Sequence record: MT374854.1
DNA length: 32,000 bases
Direction: 5' to 3' (one strand)
Source of the DNA: Yersinia phage vB_YpM_6
The notes beneath the pieces were generated by a model. It saw only the letters and a list, made by a program, of their open reading frames with translations. It made no database searches and was not told where the DNA came from. The position numbers and the translations under genes were made by a program. Numbering within the stretch: the stretch's first letter is position 1; each line of letters starts with the position of its first letter. Of the stretch, positions 16,146-25,522 are shown in pieces.

Positions 16146-16721
16146 ATGGACAGGAAAACACGGGGCCGGGCTTCAAAAGTGGATTTACTGCCGGAAAACG
16201 TACGTAAAACGCTGCATGAAATGCTGCGTGATAAAGCGATCCCACAGGCCCGCATTCTGGAAGAAATTAACGTACTGATTGAAGACGCTGGCCTGCCGGA
16301 TGAGATGAAACTCTCCCGTTCCGGTCTGAACCGTTACGCGACGAACGTCGAGCAGGTAGGCCATAACCTGCGACAGATGCGTGAAATGACGTCAGCACTG
16401 ACAGCAGAACTTGGCGACAAGCCAATGGGAGAAACCACAAAGCTGATTCTGGAAATGGCCCGCAGCCAGCTTTTTAAGGCCATGATGCGGCAAATCGAAA
16501 ACCCGGAATCTGACGTGGATATTGACCTGCTGAAAAATGCCATGCTGGCGGCACAGCGTCTGGAATCCACGGCAATGTCCAGCCACCGGCGCGAGAAAGA
16601 AATCCGCCAGGCATTCGCAGAAGAAGCGGCAAACGCCGTGAGTGAAGAACTGCGCGGGCAGGATGGCATCAGCGAAGAGCTGGAGCAGCGTATCCGTGAT
16701 GTACTGCTGGGTAAGGCATGA
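16146..16721 (+). CDS. Small terminase subunit (Mu gp27-like, DUF3486-like)
   Basis: MDRKTRGRASKVDLLPENVRKTLHEMLRDKAIPQARILEEINVLIEDAGLPDEMKLSRSGLNRY; upstream of the large terminase. Confidence 0.9.
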   Translation: MDRKTRGRASKVDLLPENVRKTLHEMLRDKAIPQARILEEINVLIEDAGLPDEMKLSRSGLNRYATNVEQVGHNLRQMREMTSALTAELGDKPMGETTKLILEMARSQLFKAMMRQIENPESDVDIDLLKNAMLAAQRLESTAMSSHRREKEIRQAFAEEAANAVSEELRGQDGISEELEQRIRDVLLGKA

Positions 16722-16728
16722 GAGGGTT

Positions 16729-18384
16729 ATGAACACCAGAGAAAACAACCTTAAAGCCCTTCATGCCCCCCGCAAAATCAACCTGCGTGAGGAAGCCGGA
16801 CTGCTCGGCGTGAATATCGTGACCGATATCGGGGAAGCACAGCCCCGCAATGAACCGGTTTTTCTGGGCTATCAGCGCCGCTGGTTTGAGGATGAAAGCC
16901 AGATTTGCATCGCTGAAAAATCCCGTCGTACCGGTCTGACATGGGCCGAAGCGGGCCGCAATGTCATGACGGCCGCAAAGCCGAGGCGTCGCGGTGGTCG
17001 CAACGTCTTTTATGTGGGTTCTCGTCAGGAAATGGCGCTGGAATACATTGCCGCCTGTGCCCTGTTTGCCCGCGCCTTTAACCAGCTGGCAAAGGCTGAC
17101 GTATGGGAGCAGACCTTCTGGGACAGCGACAAAAAAGAAGAAATCCTCACCTACATGATCCGCTTTCCGAACAGCGGATTTAAGGTGCAGGCGCTGTCAA
17201 GCCGTCCGTCTAACCTGCGTGGTTTGCAGGGGGACGTGGTGATTGATGAGGCGGCATTTCATGAAGCCCTGGACGAACTCCTGAAAGCGGCTTTTGCGCT
17301 CACCATGTGGGGTGCCCGCGTGCGGATCATATCGACACATAACGGCGTCGATAACCTGTTTAACCAGTACATTCAGGATGCGCGCGAGGGGCGCAAGGAT
17401 TACAGCGTTCACCGCATCACGCTGGATGATGCCATCGCTGACGGACTGTACCGGCGTATCTGTTACGTCACGAATCAGTCGTGGTCGCCGGAAGCGGAAA
17501 AAGCCTGGCGTGATGGCCTGTACCGTAATGCGCCGAATAAAGAGAGTGCCGACGAGGAATACGGCTGCATTCCTAAAAAATCCGGGGGCGCTTATCTGTC
17601 ACGCGTGCTGATTGAAGCCGCCATGACGCCAGCGCGGGATATCCCGATTCTGCGTTTTGAAGCCCCGGACGATTTTGAATCGCTGACACCACAAATGCGC
17701 CACGGCATCGTTCAGGACTGGTGTGAACAGGAGCTGCTCCCGTTGCTCGATGCGCTGTCGCCGCTCAATAAACACGTACTGGGCGAAGACTTTGCACGCC
17801 GTGGCGACCTGACGGTGTTTGTGCCGCTTGCCATCACTCCTGACTTACGCAAACACGAATGTTTCCGCGTGGAGCTGCGTAATGTGACCTATGACCAGCA
17901 GCGACAAATCCTTTTATTCATTCTGTCCCGTTTGCCCCGTTTTACCGGCGCTGCATTTGATGCCACCGGTAACGGCGGTTATCTGGCAGAAGCCGCCCGT
18001 CTGATTTATGGCCCGGAGATGATCGACTGTGTGAATCTGACCGCATCCTGGTATCAGGAGTGGATGCCGAAACTGAAAGGCGAGTTTGAAGCGCAGAACA
18101 TCACGATTGCCCGGCACCAGACCACACTTGATGACCTGCTCCACATCAAGGTGGACAAAGGTATTCCGCAGATTGATAAGGGGCGCACAAAAGACGAAGG
18201 CGGTAAAGGCCGACGACATGGCGACTTTGCCGTGGCGCTCTGTATGGCTGTCAGGGCGTCTTATATGAATGGTTTTGTTATCGACGAGGACAGCATACAG
18301 GCGCTGCCACCACGCCACCGTGGTGATGGTGTTGATAACGATGATTTTGATGATTATCACCAGTTTGAACGAGGGGGCTGGTAA
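16729..18384 (+). CDS. Large terminase subunit (Mu gp28-like)
   Basis: True start likely MNTREN at 16729; ATPase region EKSRRTGLTWAEAG, GDVVIDEAAFHE; nuclease-like FTGAAFDATGNGGYLAE. Confidence 0.93.
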   Translation: MNTRENNLKALHAPRKINLREEAGLLGVNIVTDIGEAQPRNEPVFLGYQRRWFEDESQICIAEKSRRTGLTWAEAGRNVMTAAKPRRRGGRNVFYVGSRQEMALEYIAACALFARAFNQLAKADVWEQTFWDSDKKEEILTYMIRFPNSGFKVQALSSRPSNLRGLQGDVVIDEAAFHEALDELLKAAFALTMWGARVRIISTHNGVDNLFNQYIQDAREGRKDYSVHRITLDDAIADGLYRRICYVTNQSWSPEAEKAWRDGLYRNAPNKESADEEYGCIPKKSGGAYLSRVLIEAAMTPARDIPILRFEAPDDFESLTPQMRHGIVQDWCEQELLPLLDALSPLNKHVLGEDFARRGDLTVFVPLAITPDLRKHECFRVELRNVTYDQQRQILLFILSRLPRFTGAAFDATGNGGYLAEAARLIYGPEMIDCVNLTASWYQEWMPKLKGEFEAQNITIARHQTTLDDLLHIKVDKGIPQIDKGRTKDEGGKGRRHGDFAVALCMAVRASYMNGFVIDEDSIQALPPRHRGDGVDNDDFDDYHQFERGGW

Positions 18385-19922
18385 TGGGCCGTATTCTGGA
18401 TATTTCCGGGCAGCCGTTTGATTTTGACGATGAAATGCAGACCCGCAGCGATGAGCTGGCAATGGTCATGAAGCGTACGCAGGAGCATCCTTCCAGTGGT
18501 GTGACGCCGAACCGGGCCGCGCAGATGCTGCGTGATGCCGAACGCGGTGATCTGACAGCACAGGCTGACCTGGCCTTTGATATGGAAGAAAAGGACACCC
18601 ACCTTTTTTCCGAACTGAGCAAACGCCGCCTTGCCATTCAGGCGCTGGAATGGCGCATCGCTCCGGCACGTGATGCCAGCGCACAGGAGAAAAAAGACGC
18701 TGACATGCTGAATGAATATCTGCATGATGCGGCGTGGTTTGAAGATGCCCTGTTTGATGCCGGTGATGCCATTCTCAAGGGCTATTCCATGCAGGAGATT
18801 GAATGGGGCTGGCTGGGGAAAATGCGCGTGCCGGTGGCGCTGCATCATCGCGATCCGGCGCTGTTCTGCGCGAACCCCGACAATCTGAACGAATTACGCC
18901 TGCGTGATGCGTCTTATCACGGGCTGGAGCTGCAACCGTTCGGCTGGTTTATGCACCGGGCCAAATCCCGCACCGGGTATGTCGGCACCAATGGCCTTGT
19001 GCGCACGCTTATCTGGCCTTTTATTTTTAAAAACTATTCCGTGCGTGATTTTGCAGAGTTTCTGGAAATTTACGGACTCCCCATGCGCGTCGGTAAATAT
19101 CCGACCGGCTCAACGAACCGCGAGAAAGCCACGCTGATGCAGGCCGTGATGGATATCGGGCGACGTGCCGGTGGCATTATTCCGATGGGGATGACGCTGG
19201 ATTTTCAGAGCGCCGCAGATGGTCAGTCAGACCCTTTTATGGCGATGATTGGCTGGGCAGAAAAAGCGATTTCAAAAGCCATTCTGGGCGGCACCCTGAC
19301 CACAGAGGCTGGCGATAAAGGTGCGCGGTCGCTGGGTGAAGTGCATGATGAGGTTCGCCGGGAAATCCGTAATGCGGATGTGGGCCAGCTTGCCCGCAGT
19401 ATTAACCGTGACCTGATTTATCCCCTGCTGGCACTGAACAGTGACAGCACCATTGATATTAACCGCCTGCCGGGCATTGTATTTGATACCAGTGAAGCGG
19501 GTGATATTACGGCACTGTCTGACGCCATTCCGAAACTGGCGGCGGGAATGCGTATTCCGGTCTCCTGGATACAGGAAAAACTTCATATTCCACAGCCGGT
19601 CGGTGATGAAGCCGTGTTTACTGTACAACCGGTTGTCCCGGATAACGGTTCGCAGAAAGAGGCCGCATTATCCGCTGAAGATATCCCGCAGGAGGATGAT
19701 ATCGACCGGATGGGCGTCTCACCGGAAGACTGGCAGCGTTCGGTTGACCCCCTGCTGAAACCCGTCATTTTTTCTGTGCTGAAAGATGGCCCGGAAGCCG
19801 CCATGAACAAAGCCGCTTCATTATATCCGCAGATGGATGATGCAGAACTTATCGACATGCTGACCCGTGCCATTTTTGTTGCCGATATATGGGGGCGTCT
19901 GGATGCCGCAGCAGACCATTGA
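18384..19922 (+). CDS. Portal protein (Mu gp29-like, DUF935 family)
   Basis: 512 aa; ALEWRIAPARD..., WPFIFKNYSVRDFAEFLEIYGLPMRVGKY. Confidence 0.93.
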   Translation: MGRILDISGQPFDFDDEMQTRSDELAMVMKRTQEHPSSGVTPNRAAQMLRDAERGDLTAQADLAFDMEEKDTHLFSELSKRRLAIQALEWRIAPARDASAQEKKDADMLNEYLHDAAWFEDALFDAGDAILKGYSMQEIEWGWLGKMRVPVALHHRDPALFCANPDNLNELRLRDASYHGLELQPFGWFMHRAKSRTGYVGTNGLVRTLIWPFIFKNYSVRDFAEFLEIYGLPMRVGKYPTGSTNREKATLMQAVMDIGRRAGGIIPMGMTLDFQSAADGQSDPFMAMIGWAEKAISKAILGGTLTTEAGDKGARSLGEVHDEVRREIRNADVGQLARSINRDLIYPLLALNSDSTIDINRLPGIVFDTSEAGDITALSDAIPKLAAGMRIPVSWIQEKLHIPQPVGDEAVFTVQPVVPDNGSQKEAALSAEDIPQEDDIDRMGVSPEDWQRSVDPLLKPVIFSVLKDGPEAAMNKAASLYPQMDDAELIDMLTRAIFVADIWGRLDAAADH

Positions 19923-21222
19923 TCTGGCGTATGCCGCACGCCTCCCGCCAAAGGAGGCTGTCGCGTATTTCCGCGCCAAAGGCTACAACATCACCTGGAA
20001 CTGGTACGAACAACTGGCAGACGCGCACGCACGCGCCTTTACCGTTGCCAAAGCCACCCGGATGGATGTCCTGACCACAATCCGTGAGGAAGTGGAGCGG
20101 GCTGTCAGTGAAGGCATCACCCGTGAGGAATTTACCCGCACACTGGCCCCCCGGCTGCAAAAACTCGGATGGTGGGGAAAACAAATCATCGTGGATGCAG
20201 AGGGAAACGCAAAGGTAATCGAGCTGGGTAGTCCGCGTCGTCTGGCAACCATTTATAACGTCAATACCCGTACGGCGTATGGGGCAGGACGTTATGCGCA
20301 GATGATGAATACCGCCGATTTGTACCCGTACTGGCAGTACGTTGCCGTTATGGATGGCAGAACACGCCCGGAACATGCGCGGCTGCACAATATGGTTTTC
20401 AGGTATGACGACATTTTCTGGCAGACGCATTACCCGCCCAATGGCTGGAACTGCCGCTGTCGCGTCCGGGCGCTGTCTGCGGCCCGCATGAAAGAACTGG
20501 GGCTACAGGTCAGTTATGGTGCGTCATTCATGAATACCCGCGAAGTGGATGCCGGTACGGATGAAAGCACCGGAGAGATTTTCCGCACATCGTCAACCAC
20601 GTTTGACAACGGTCGGGTAAAAATGACGCCGGATGTGGGCTGGTCATATAACCCGGGTTCGGCGGCGTTTGGTACGGATCAGGCACTGATTCGAAAACTG
20701 GTGGAAATTCGCGACGCGCAGTTGCGTGAGCAGGTTGTGCAGACGCTGAATAACAGCCGGGAGCGTCAGCTTGCTTTTTCCCTCTGGCTTAAACGCCTGG
20801 CAGGATCACGTCAGACCGGTCATGAAATCCGGGCACTGGGTTTTATGACGGAATCGGTAGCTGAAGCCGTACATCAGCGCACCGGGAATATGCCAGCCCG
20901 TCTGCTTGTGATGAACGGGAAAAGTCTGGCGACCACTGCTGATGCCGCCCTGAAACCGGAGGATTTACAGCATCTGCCGTCGCTGATGGCAAAACCACAG
21001 GCAGTATTGTGGGACAGGGAGAACCACCAGTTGCTGTATGTTGTGGCAACCCGTGACGGCATGGCCCGGATTGAGGTCAGAACATCACAGACAGTCGGCA
21101 GGCAGAATGACCGGGCGGATGTGCTGGTCAGTGTCAGCCGCGTATCTGCACAGTCGCTTGAAGCCGCGATTGCTGACGGGATGATTGACGTACTGGAGGG
21201 GCATGTGGAGGTGAATAAGTGA
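19903..21222 (+). CDS. F: Head morphogenesis protein F (Mu gp30/SPP1 gp7-like)
   Basis: MPQQTIDLAYAARLPPKEAVAYFRAKG; YWQYVAVMDGRTRPEHARLHNMVFRYDDIFWQTHYPPNGWNCRCRVRAL motif. Confidence 0.92.
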   Translation: MPQQTIDLAYAARLPPKEAVAYFRAKGYNITWNWYEQLADAHARAFTVAKATRMDVLTTIREEVERAVSEGITREEFTRTLAPRLQKLGWWGKQIIVDAEGNAKVIELGSPRRLATIYNVNTRTAYGAGRYAQMMNTADLYPYWQYVAVMDGRTRPEHARLHNMVFRYDDIFWQTHYPPNGWNCRCRVRALSAARMKELGLQVSYGASFMNTREVDAGTDESTGEIFRTSSTTFDNGRVKMTPDVGWSYNPGSAAFGTDQALIRKLVEIRDAQLREQVVQTLNNSRERQLAFSLWLKRLAGSRQTGHEIRALGFMTESVAEAVHQRTGNMPARLLVMNGKSLATTADAALKPEDLQHLPSLMAKPQAVLWDRENHQLLYVVATRDGMARIEVRTSQTVGRQNDRADVLVSVSRVSAQSLEAAIADGMIDVLEGHVEVNK

Positions 21223-21689
21223 GTCTTGATATGAACGTTGCCGTGGATGTGCGACGTATTCAGCTTGCACTGGATGAACTGGGAACCGTTACACGTGACC
21301 GCGCCATTCCCCGTGTGATGGCTGCGGCGCTGCTGTCATCCACGGAACAGGCATTTGAACGGCAGGCAGACCCGGATACAGGGAAAGGCTGGGAAGCGTG
21401 GAGCGATTCGTGGCAGGCATGGCGTCAGGATCATGGTTTTGTTCCGGGCAGTATTCTTACCCTGCATGGCGATCTGGCACGCAGCATTACCACCGATTAT
21501 GGACAGGATTATGCCCTGATTGGTTCGCCAAAAATTTATGCTGCCATTCATCAGTGGGGCGGTACACCCGATATGGCACCCCGCCCGGCAGGCGTTCCTG
21601 CGCGTCCTTATATGGGGCTGGATAAGACCGGGGAACAGGAAATTTTTGATGCCATCAGAAAACGCGTCAGCGCCGCTCTGAGGCAATAA
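21219..21689 (+). CDS. G: Virion morphogenesis protein G (Mu gp31-like)
   Basis: 156 aa with Mu G family features (WSDSWQAWRQDHG, SILTLHGDLARSITTDYG, AAIHQWGG, PARPYMGL); start GTG 21219 or ATG 21231. Confidence 0.9.
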   Translation: MSLDMNVAVDVRRIQLALDELGTVTRDRAIPRVMAAALLSSTEQAFERQADPDTGKGWEAWSDSWQAWRQDHGFVPGSILTLHGDLARSITTDYGQDYALIGSPKIYAAIHQWGGTPDMAPRPAGVPARPYMGLDKTGEQEIFDAIRKRVSAALRQ

Positions 21690-21737
21690 ACGGAATCAGA
21701 CATGAAATCAGCCGCACAGATTTTTTAAAACGCGCCA

Positions 21738-21782
21738 CGGGATTTTTAAACCGGTATTTAACGGTGTATGAATCCCGTTTTA
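21738..21782 (+). terminator. Candidate terminator/stem-loop after G
   Basis: CGGGAT...ACCG-GTATTTAA-CGGT...ATCCCG followed by TTTTAT. Confidence 0.45.
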
Positions 21783-21819
21783 TCTTCCTTTCACTTTCTT
21801 TCTCCATTACTCAAATAGC

Positions 21820-21853
21820 ATAACCCCAGATTTTCCCGCCCCTCCCGCAAACT
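21820..21853 (+). promoter_or_regulatory. Candidate late promoter PI
   Basis: ATAACCCC half-site 21820-21827 and -10-like CAAACT 21848-21853, at the same spacing as Pmom and Plys; no T run. Confidence 0.35.
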
Positions 21854-21885
21854 GACTGCTCACAAACCATGATGAGCAGCAGGAC

Positions 21886-22971
21886 ATGAAAAAACACGCG
21901 ATTGGCATTGCCGCACTGAATGCGCTGTCCATTGACGATGACGGCTGGTGCCAGCTATTGCCTGCCGGTCATTTCAGTGCCCGTGATGGTCGCCCGTTTG
22001 ATGTGACAGGTGGTCAGGGGTGGTTCATCGACGGTGAGATTGCCGGGCGTCTGGTTGAAGGCGTTCGCGCGCTCAACCAGGACGTGCTGATTGATTACGA
22101 GCATAACCAGCTACGTAAGGACAAAGGATTACCCCCGGAACAACTCGTCGCGGCTGGCTGGTTTAACGCCGATGAAATGCAGTGGCGTGAAGGTGAAGGG
22201 TTATTTATCCACCCACGCTGGACGGCGGCGGCCCAGCAGCGCATCGATGACGGCGAATTTGGTTATCTCTCTGCGGTTTTTCCGTATGACACCGCCACCG
22301 GTGCGGTGCTGCAAATCCGCCTTGCTGCGCTGACCAATGACCCCGGTGCCACCGGCATGAAAAAGCTGACCGCACTGGCGGCAGACCTTCCCGACATCCT
22401 TCAACAGGAGAACAAACCCATGAATGAAACGCTGCGCAAGCTGCTTGCGCGTCTTGGGGTGACTGTCCCCGAAAATGCAGACATCACCGATGAACAGGCC
22501 AGCGCGGCCCTGAGTGCGCTTGATGCGCTCGAAACAGATGCCGGAAAAGTGGCGTCGTTATCCGCCGAACTGGAAAAGGCACAGAAAGCCGCCGTTGACC
22601 TGACGAAATACGTCCCGGTGGAAAGCTACAACGCCCTGCGTGATGAACTGGCACAGGCGACTGCACAAAGCGCCACAGCCAGCCTGAGCGCCGTTCTGGA
22701 CAAGGCGGAACAGGAAGGCCGCATTTTCAAAAGCGAACGTACCTATCTGGAACAGCTTGGCGGTCAGATTGGCGTGGCGGCACTGTCGGCACAGCTTGAG
22801 AAAAAACAGCCTATCGCTGCGTTATCTGCCATGCAGACCACCACAGCGAAAATCCCGTCGCAGGAAAAAACGGCGGTGGCGGTGCTGTCTGCTGATGAAC
22901 AGGCAGCAGTGAAGGCGCTCGGCATTACAGAGGCTGAGTATCTGAAAATGAAACAGGAACAAGAAAAATGA
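21886..22971 (+). CDS. I: Prohead protease I (Mu gp32-like)
   Basis: 361 aa; KHAIGIAALNALSIDDDGWCQLLPAGHFSARDGRPF...LIDYEHNQL... typical Mu I protease N-terminus; scaffold-like C-terminus. Confidence 0.92.
   Translation: MKKHAIGIAALNALSIDDDGWCQLLPAGHFSARDGRPFDVTGGQGWFIDGEIAGRLVEGVRALNQDVLIDYEHNQLRKDKGLPPEQLVAAGWFNADEMQWREGEGLFIHPRWTAAAQQRIDDGEFGYLSAVFPYDTATGAVLQIRLAALTNDPGATGMKKLTALAADLPDILQQENKPMNETLRKLLARLGVTVPENADITDEQASAALSALDALETDAGKVASLSAELEKAQKAAVDLTKYVPVESYNALRDELAQATAQSATASLSAVLDKAEQEGRIFKSERTYLEQLGGQIGVAALSAQLEKKQPIAALSAMQTTTAKIPSQEKTAVAVLSADEQAAVKALGITEAEYLKMKQEQEK
22420..22971 (+). CDS. Z: Scaffold protein Z nested in frame within I
   Basis: Internal in-frame ATG 22420 (MNETLRKLLARLGVTVPENADITDEQ) with AGGAG 9 bp upstream; Ala/Gln/Glu-rich coiled coil. 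Confidence 0.75.
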   Translation: MNETLRKLLARLGVTVPENADITDEQASAALSALDALETDAGKVASLSAELEKAQKAAVDLTKYVPVESYNALRDELAQATAQSATASLSAVLDKAEQEGRIFKSERTYLEQLGGQIGVAALSAQLEKKQPIAALSAMQTTTAKIPSQEKTAVAVLSADEQAAVKALGITEAEYLKMKQEQEK

Positions 22972-23885
22972 TTGTCACCCCGGCATCCATTAAAGCCCTG
23001 ATGACCTCCTGGCGTAAGGATTTTCAGGGCGGTCTTGAAGACGCCCCGTCGCAGTACAGCAAAATTGCAATGGTGGTGAACTCTTCCACCCGCAGTAATA
23101 CCTATGGCTGGCTGGGTAAATTCCCGACCCTGAAAGAATGGGTGGGTAAGCGAACCATTCAGCAAATGGAAGCGCATGGCTACTCCATCGCCAATAAAAC
23201 GTTTGAAGGCACCGTGGGTATTTCCCGTGATGACTTCGAGGATGACAATCTGGGTATTTATGCGCCGATTTTTCAGGAGATGGGCCGTTCTGCGGCAGTT
23301 CAGCCGGATGAGCTGATTTTTAAACTTCTGAAAGATGGCTTTACCCAGCCGTGCTATGACGGTCAGAACTTCTTCGACAAGGAGCATCCGGTATATCCGA
23401 ATGTGGACGGCACGGGCAGCGCGGTTAATACCTCCAACATCGTTGAGCAGGACAGCTTCAGCGGTCTGCCGTTCTATCTGCTGGACTGCTCCCGCGCAGT
23501 CAAACCGCTGATTTTCCAGGAGCGCCGCAAACCGGAGCTGGTCGCACGTACCCGTATCGATGACGACCACGTTTTTATGGATAACGAGTTCCTGTTTGGT
23601 GCCAGCGCCCGCCGTGCTGCCGGTTACGGCTTCTGGCAGATGGCTGTCGCGGTAAAAGGCGATCTGACGCTGGATAACCTCTGGAAGGGCTGGCAACTGA
23701 TGCGATCTTTTGAAGGTGATGGCGGTAAGAAGCTGGGCCTGAAGCCGACGCATATCGTTGTACCGGTCGGGCTGGAAAAAGCCGCAGAGCAACTGCTTAA
23801 CCGTGAACTGTTCGCGGATGGCAATACCACCGTCTCCAACGAGATGAAGGGCAAGCTGCAACTGGTTGTCGCTGACTACCTGTAA
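22968..23885 (+). CDS. T: Major head subunit T (Mu gp34-like)
   Basis: 305 aa MIVTPASIKALMTSWRKDFQGGLEDAPSQYSKIAMVVNSSTRSNTYGWLGKFPTLKEWVG, hallmark of the Mu T family. Confidence 0.96.
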   Translation: MIVTPASIKALMTSWRKDFQGGLEDAPSQYSKIAMVVNSSTRSNTYGWLGKFPTLKEWVGKRTIQQMEAHGYSIANKTFEGTVGISRDDFEDDNLGIYAPIFQEMGRSAAVQPDELIFKLLKDGFTQPCYDGQNFFDKEHPVYPNVDGTGSAVNTSNIVEQDSFSGLPFYLLDCSRAVKPLIFQERRKPELVARTRIDDDHVFMDNEFLFGASARRAAGYGFWQMAVAVKGDLTLDNLWKGWQLMRSFEGDGGKKLGLKPTHIVVPVGLEKAAEQLLNRELFADGNTTVSNEMKGKLQLVVADYL

Positions 23886-23951
23886 CCGTCATTAAAAGGC
23901 GGTTCAGACCGCCTTTTAACCTGATTTAAAGGAAAAGGAGGAGCATGTGTT

Positions 23952-24362
23952 ATGTCAGGCACTTCGCTTAATTCACAACGGCTGGACACTTCTCGCATCA
24001 CTTGCACGGCGATTATTAAATGCCTTCGTCCGGTCTACCGCCGCGCCGGAATCGCCTTTACACGTGGCGAAAACACCGTGGAAGTCACCGAAGAACAACT
24101 GGCGATCATTCGTGCCGACAGCGTGCTGTCTGTGGTATCTGCATCGTCAGCAGAAACGCTCGCTGAGGCTGGGGGGCTGGACGTTCTGGGTGTGGGCGAT
24201 CTGAATACCCGTATCCGTGCGACCGTTGCCGGTCTGGATAAGGCAAACCCGGAGCACTTTACCGCAGGGGGAGAACCCAAAGTGAAAGCCGTCAGTGCGG
24301 CGCTGGGGGAACCGGTGAGCAGTGCGCAAATCAAAGCGGCGCTGGCTGAGGCGGATGCATGA
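23952..24362 (+). CDS. Mu gp35-like head-region protein
   Basis: 136 aa; ITCTAIIKCLRPVYRRAGIAFTRGENTVEVTEEQLAIIRAD; position after T. Confidence 0.82.
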   Translation: MSGTSLNSQRLDTSRITCTAIIKCLRPVYRRAGIAFTRGENTVEVTEEQLAIIRADSVLSVVSASSAETLAEAGGLDVLGVGDLNTRIRATVAGLDKANPEHFTAGGEPKVKAVSAALGEPVSSAQIKAALAEADA

Positions 24363-24784
24363 ATTACGCGACGGTAAATGACCTGTGCGCCCGCTATACA
24401 CGTACGCGGCTGGATATTCTCACCCGCCCTAAAACAGCGGACGGGCAGCCGGATGATGCCGTGGCAGAACAGGCACTGGCAGATGCCTCGGCCTTTATTG
24501 ATGGCTATCTCGCCGCGCGCTTTGTTCTGCCGCTTACCGTCGTCCCCTCACTGCTGAAACGGCAGTGTTGCGTGGTGGCCTGGTTTTATCTGAATGAATC
24601 ACAACCCACCGAGCAAATCACCGCTGCCTACAGGGACACTGTGCGCTGGCTGGAACAGGTGCGCGATGGCAAAACAGATCCCGGCGTGGAAAGCAGGACG
24701 GCAGCCTCGCCGGATGGTGAAAACCTTGTGCAGGTGCAGTCTGACGCGCCGGTCTTCTCACGAAAACAGAAGGGGTTTATCTGA
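24359..24784 (+). CDS. J: Mu gpJ-like protein (gp36, DUF1320-like)
   Basis: 141 aa MNYATVNDLCARYTRTRL...DASAFIDGYLAARFVLPL. Confidence 0.88.
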   Translation: MNYATVNDLCARYTRTRLDILTRPKTADGQPDDAVAEQALADASAFIDGYLAARFVLPLTVVPSLLKRQCCVVAWFYLNESQPTEQITAAYRDTVRWLEQVRDGKTDPGVESRTAASPDGENLVQVQSDAPVFSRKQKGFI

Positions 24785-25332
24785 TGCTGGAAGAAACCGA
24801 AGCCGCACTGCTGGCGCGCGTTCGTGAGTTGTTTGGGGCAACCCTGCGGCAGGTGGAACCCCTTACCGGCACATGGACTAACGAGGATGTGCACCGTCTC
24901 TTTCTGGCCCCGCCATCGGTATTTCTGGCATGGATGGGCTGTGGTGAGGGGCGTACGCGTCGGGAAGTTGAAAGTCGCTGGGCATTTTTTGTCGTGGCGG
25001 AGTTGCTGAACGGGGAACCGGTAAACCGGCCCGGTATTTATCAGATTGTGGAGCGACTGATTGCCGGTGTTAACGGTCAGACGTTTGGCCCGACCACCGG
25101 GATGAGACTGACGCAGGTCAGAAATCTTTGTGACGACAACCGTATCAATGCCGGTGTGGTGCTTTACGGCGTTCTGTTCAGTGGCACTACCCCGCTGCCG
25201 TCCGTGGTGGACATGGATTCGCTGGATGATTACGAGCGTCACTGGCAGACCTGGAAATTCCCGGACGAAACCCCGGAATTTGCCGCACATATCAATGTGA
25301 ATCAGGAAAAGGATCATGATGCTGAAAATTAA
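24784..25332 (+). CDS. K: Mu gpK-like protein (gp37, DUF1834-like)
   Basis: 182 aa; VFLAWMGCGEGRTRREVESRWAFFVVAELLN; gene order. Confidence 0.85.
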   Translation: MLEETEAALLARVRELFGATLRQVEPLTGTWTNEDVHRLFLAPPSVFLAWMGCGEGRTRREVESRWAFFVVAELLNGEPVNRPGIYQIVERLIAGVNGQTFGPTTGMRLTQVRNLCDDNRINAGVVLYGVLFSGTTPLPSVVDMDSLDDYERHWQTWKFPDETPEFAAHINVNQEKDHDAEN

Positions 25333-25522
25333 ACCCGCAGCGGGAAAAGCCATCCGTGACCCGCTCACGATGAAATTACTGGCTCCGGAGGGAGAAGAAA
25401 AGCCCCGTAACAGTTTCTGGATACGTCGCCTTGCAGCCGGTGATGTGGTTGAAGTCGGGAGCACTGAAAACACGGCGGATGATACCGACGCTACGCCGAA
25501 AAAACGGAGTAAATCGAAATGA
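25316..25522 (+). CDS. Mu gp38-like small protein (DUF2635-like)
   Basis: 68 aa [47 protein letters not shown]. Confidence 0.85.
   Translation: MMLKIKPAAGKAIRDPLTMKLLAPEGEEKPRNSFWIRRLAAGDVVEVGSTENTADDTDATPKKRSKSK

Noticed and set aside
22764-23861. 365 aa minus-strand ORF opposite the major head gene T
   Set aside because: Shadow of T; high-GC codon bias produces long open antisense frames.
24628-25473. 281 aa minus-strand ORF opposite J/K
   Set aside because: Antisense to several well-ordered tail/head genes, no supporting RBS or family features.
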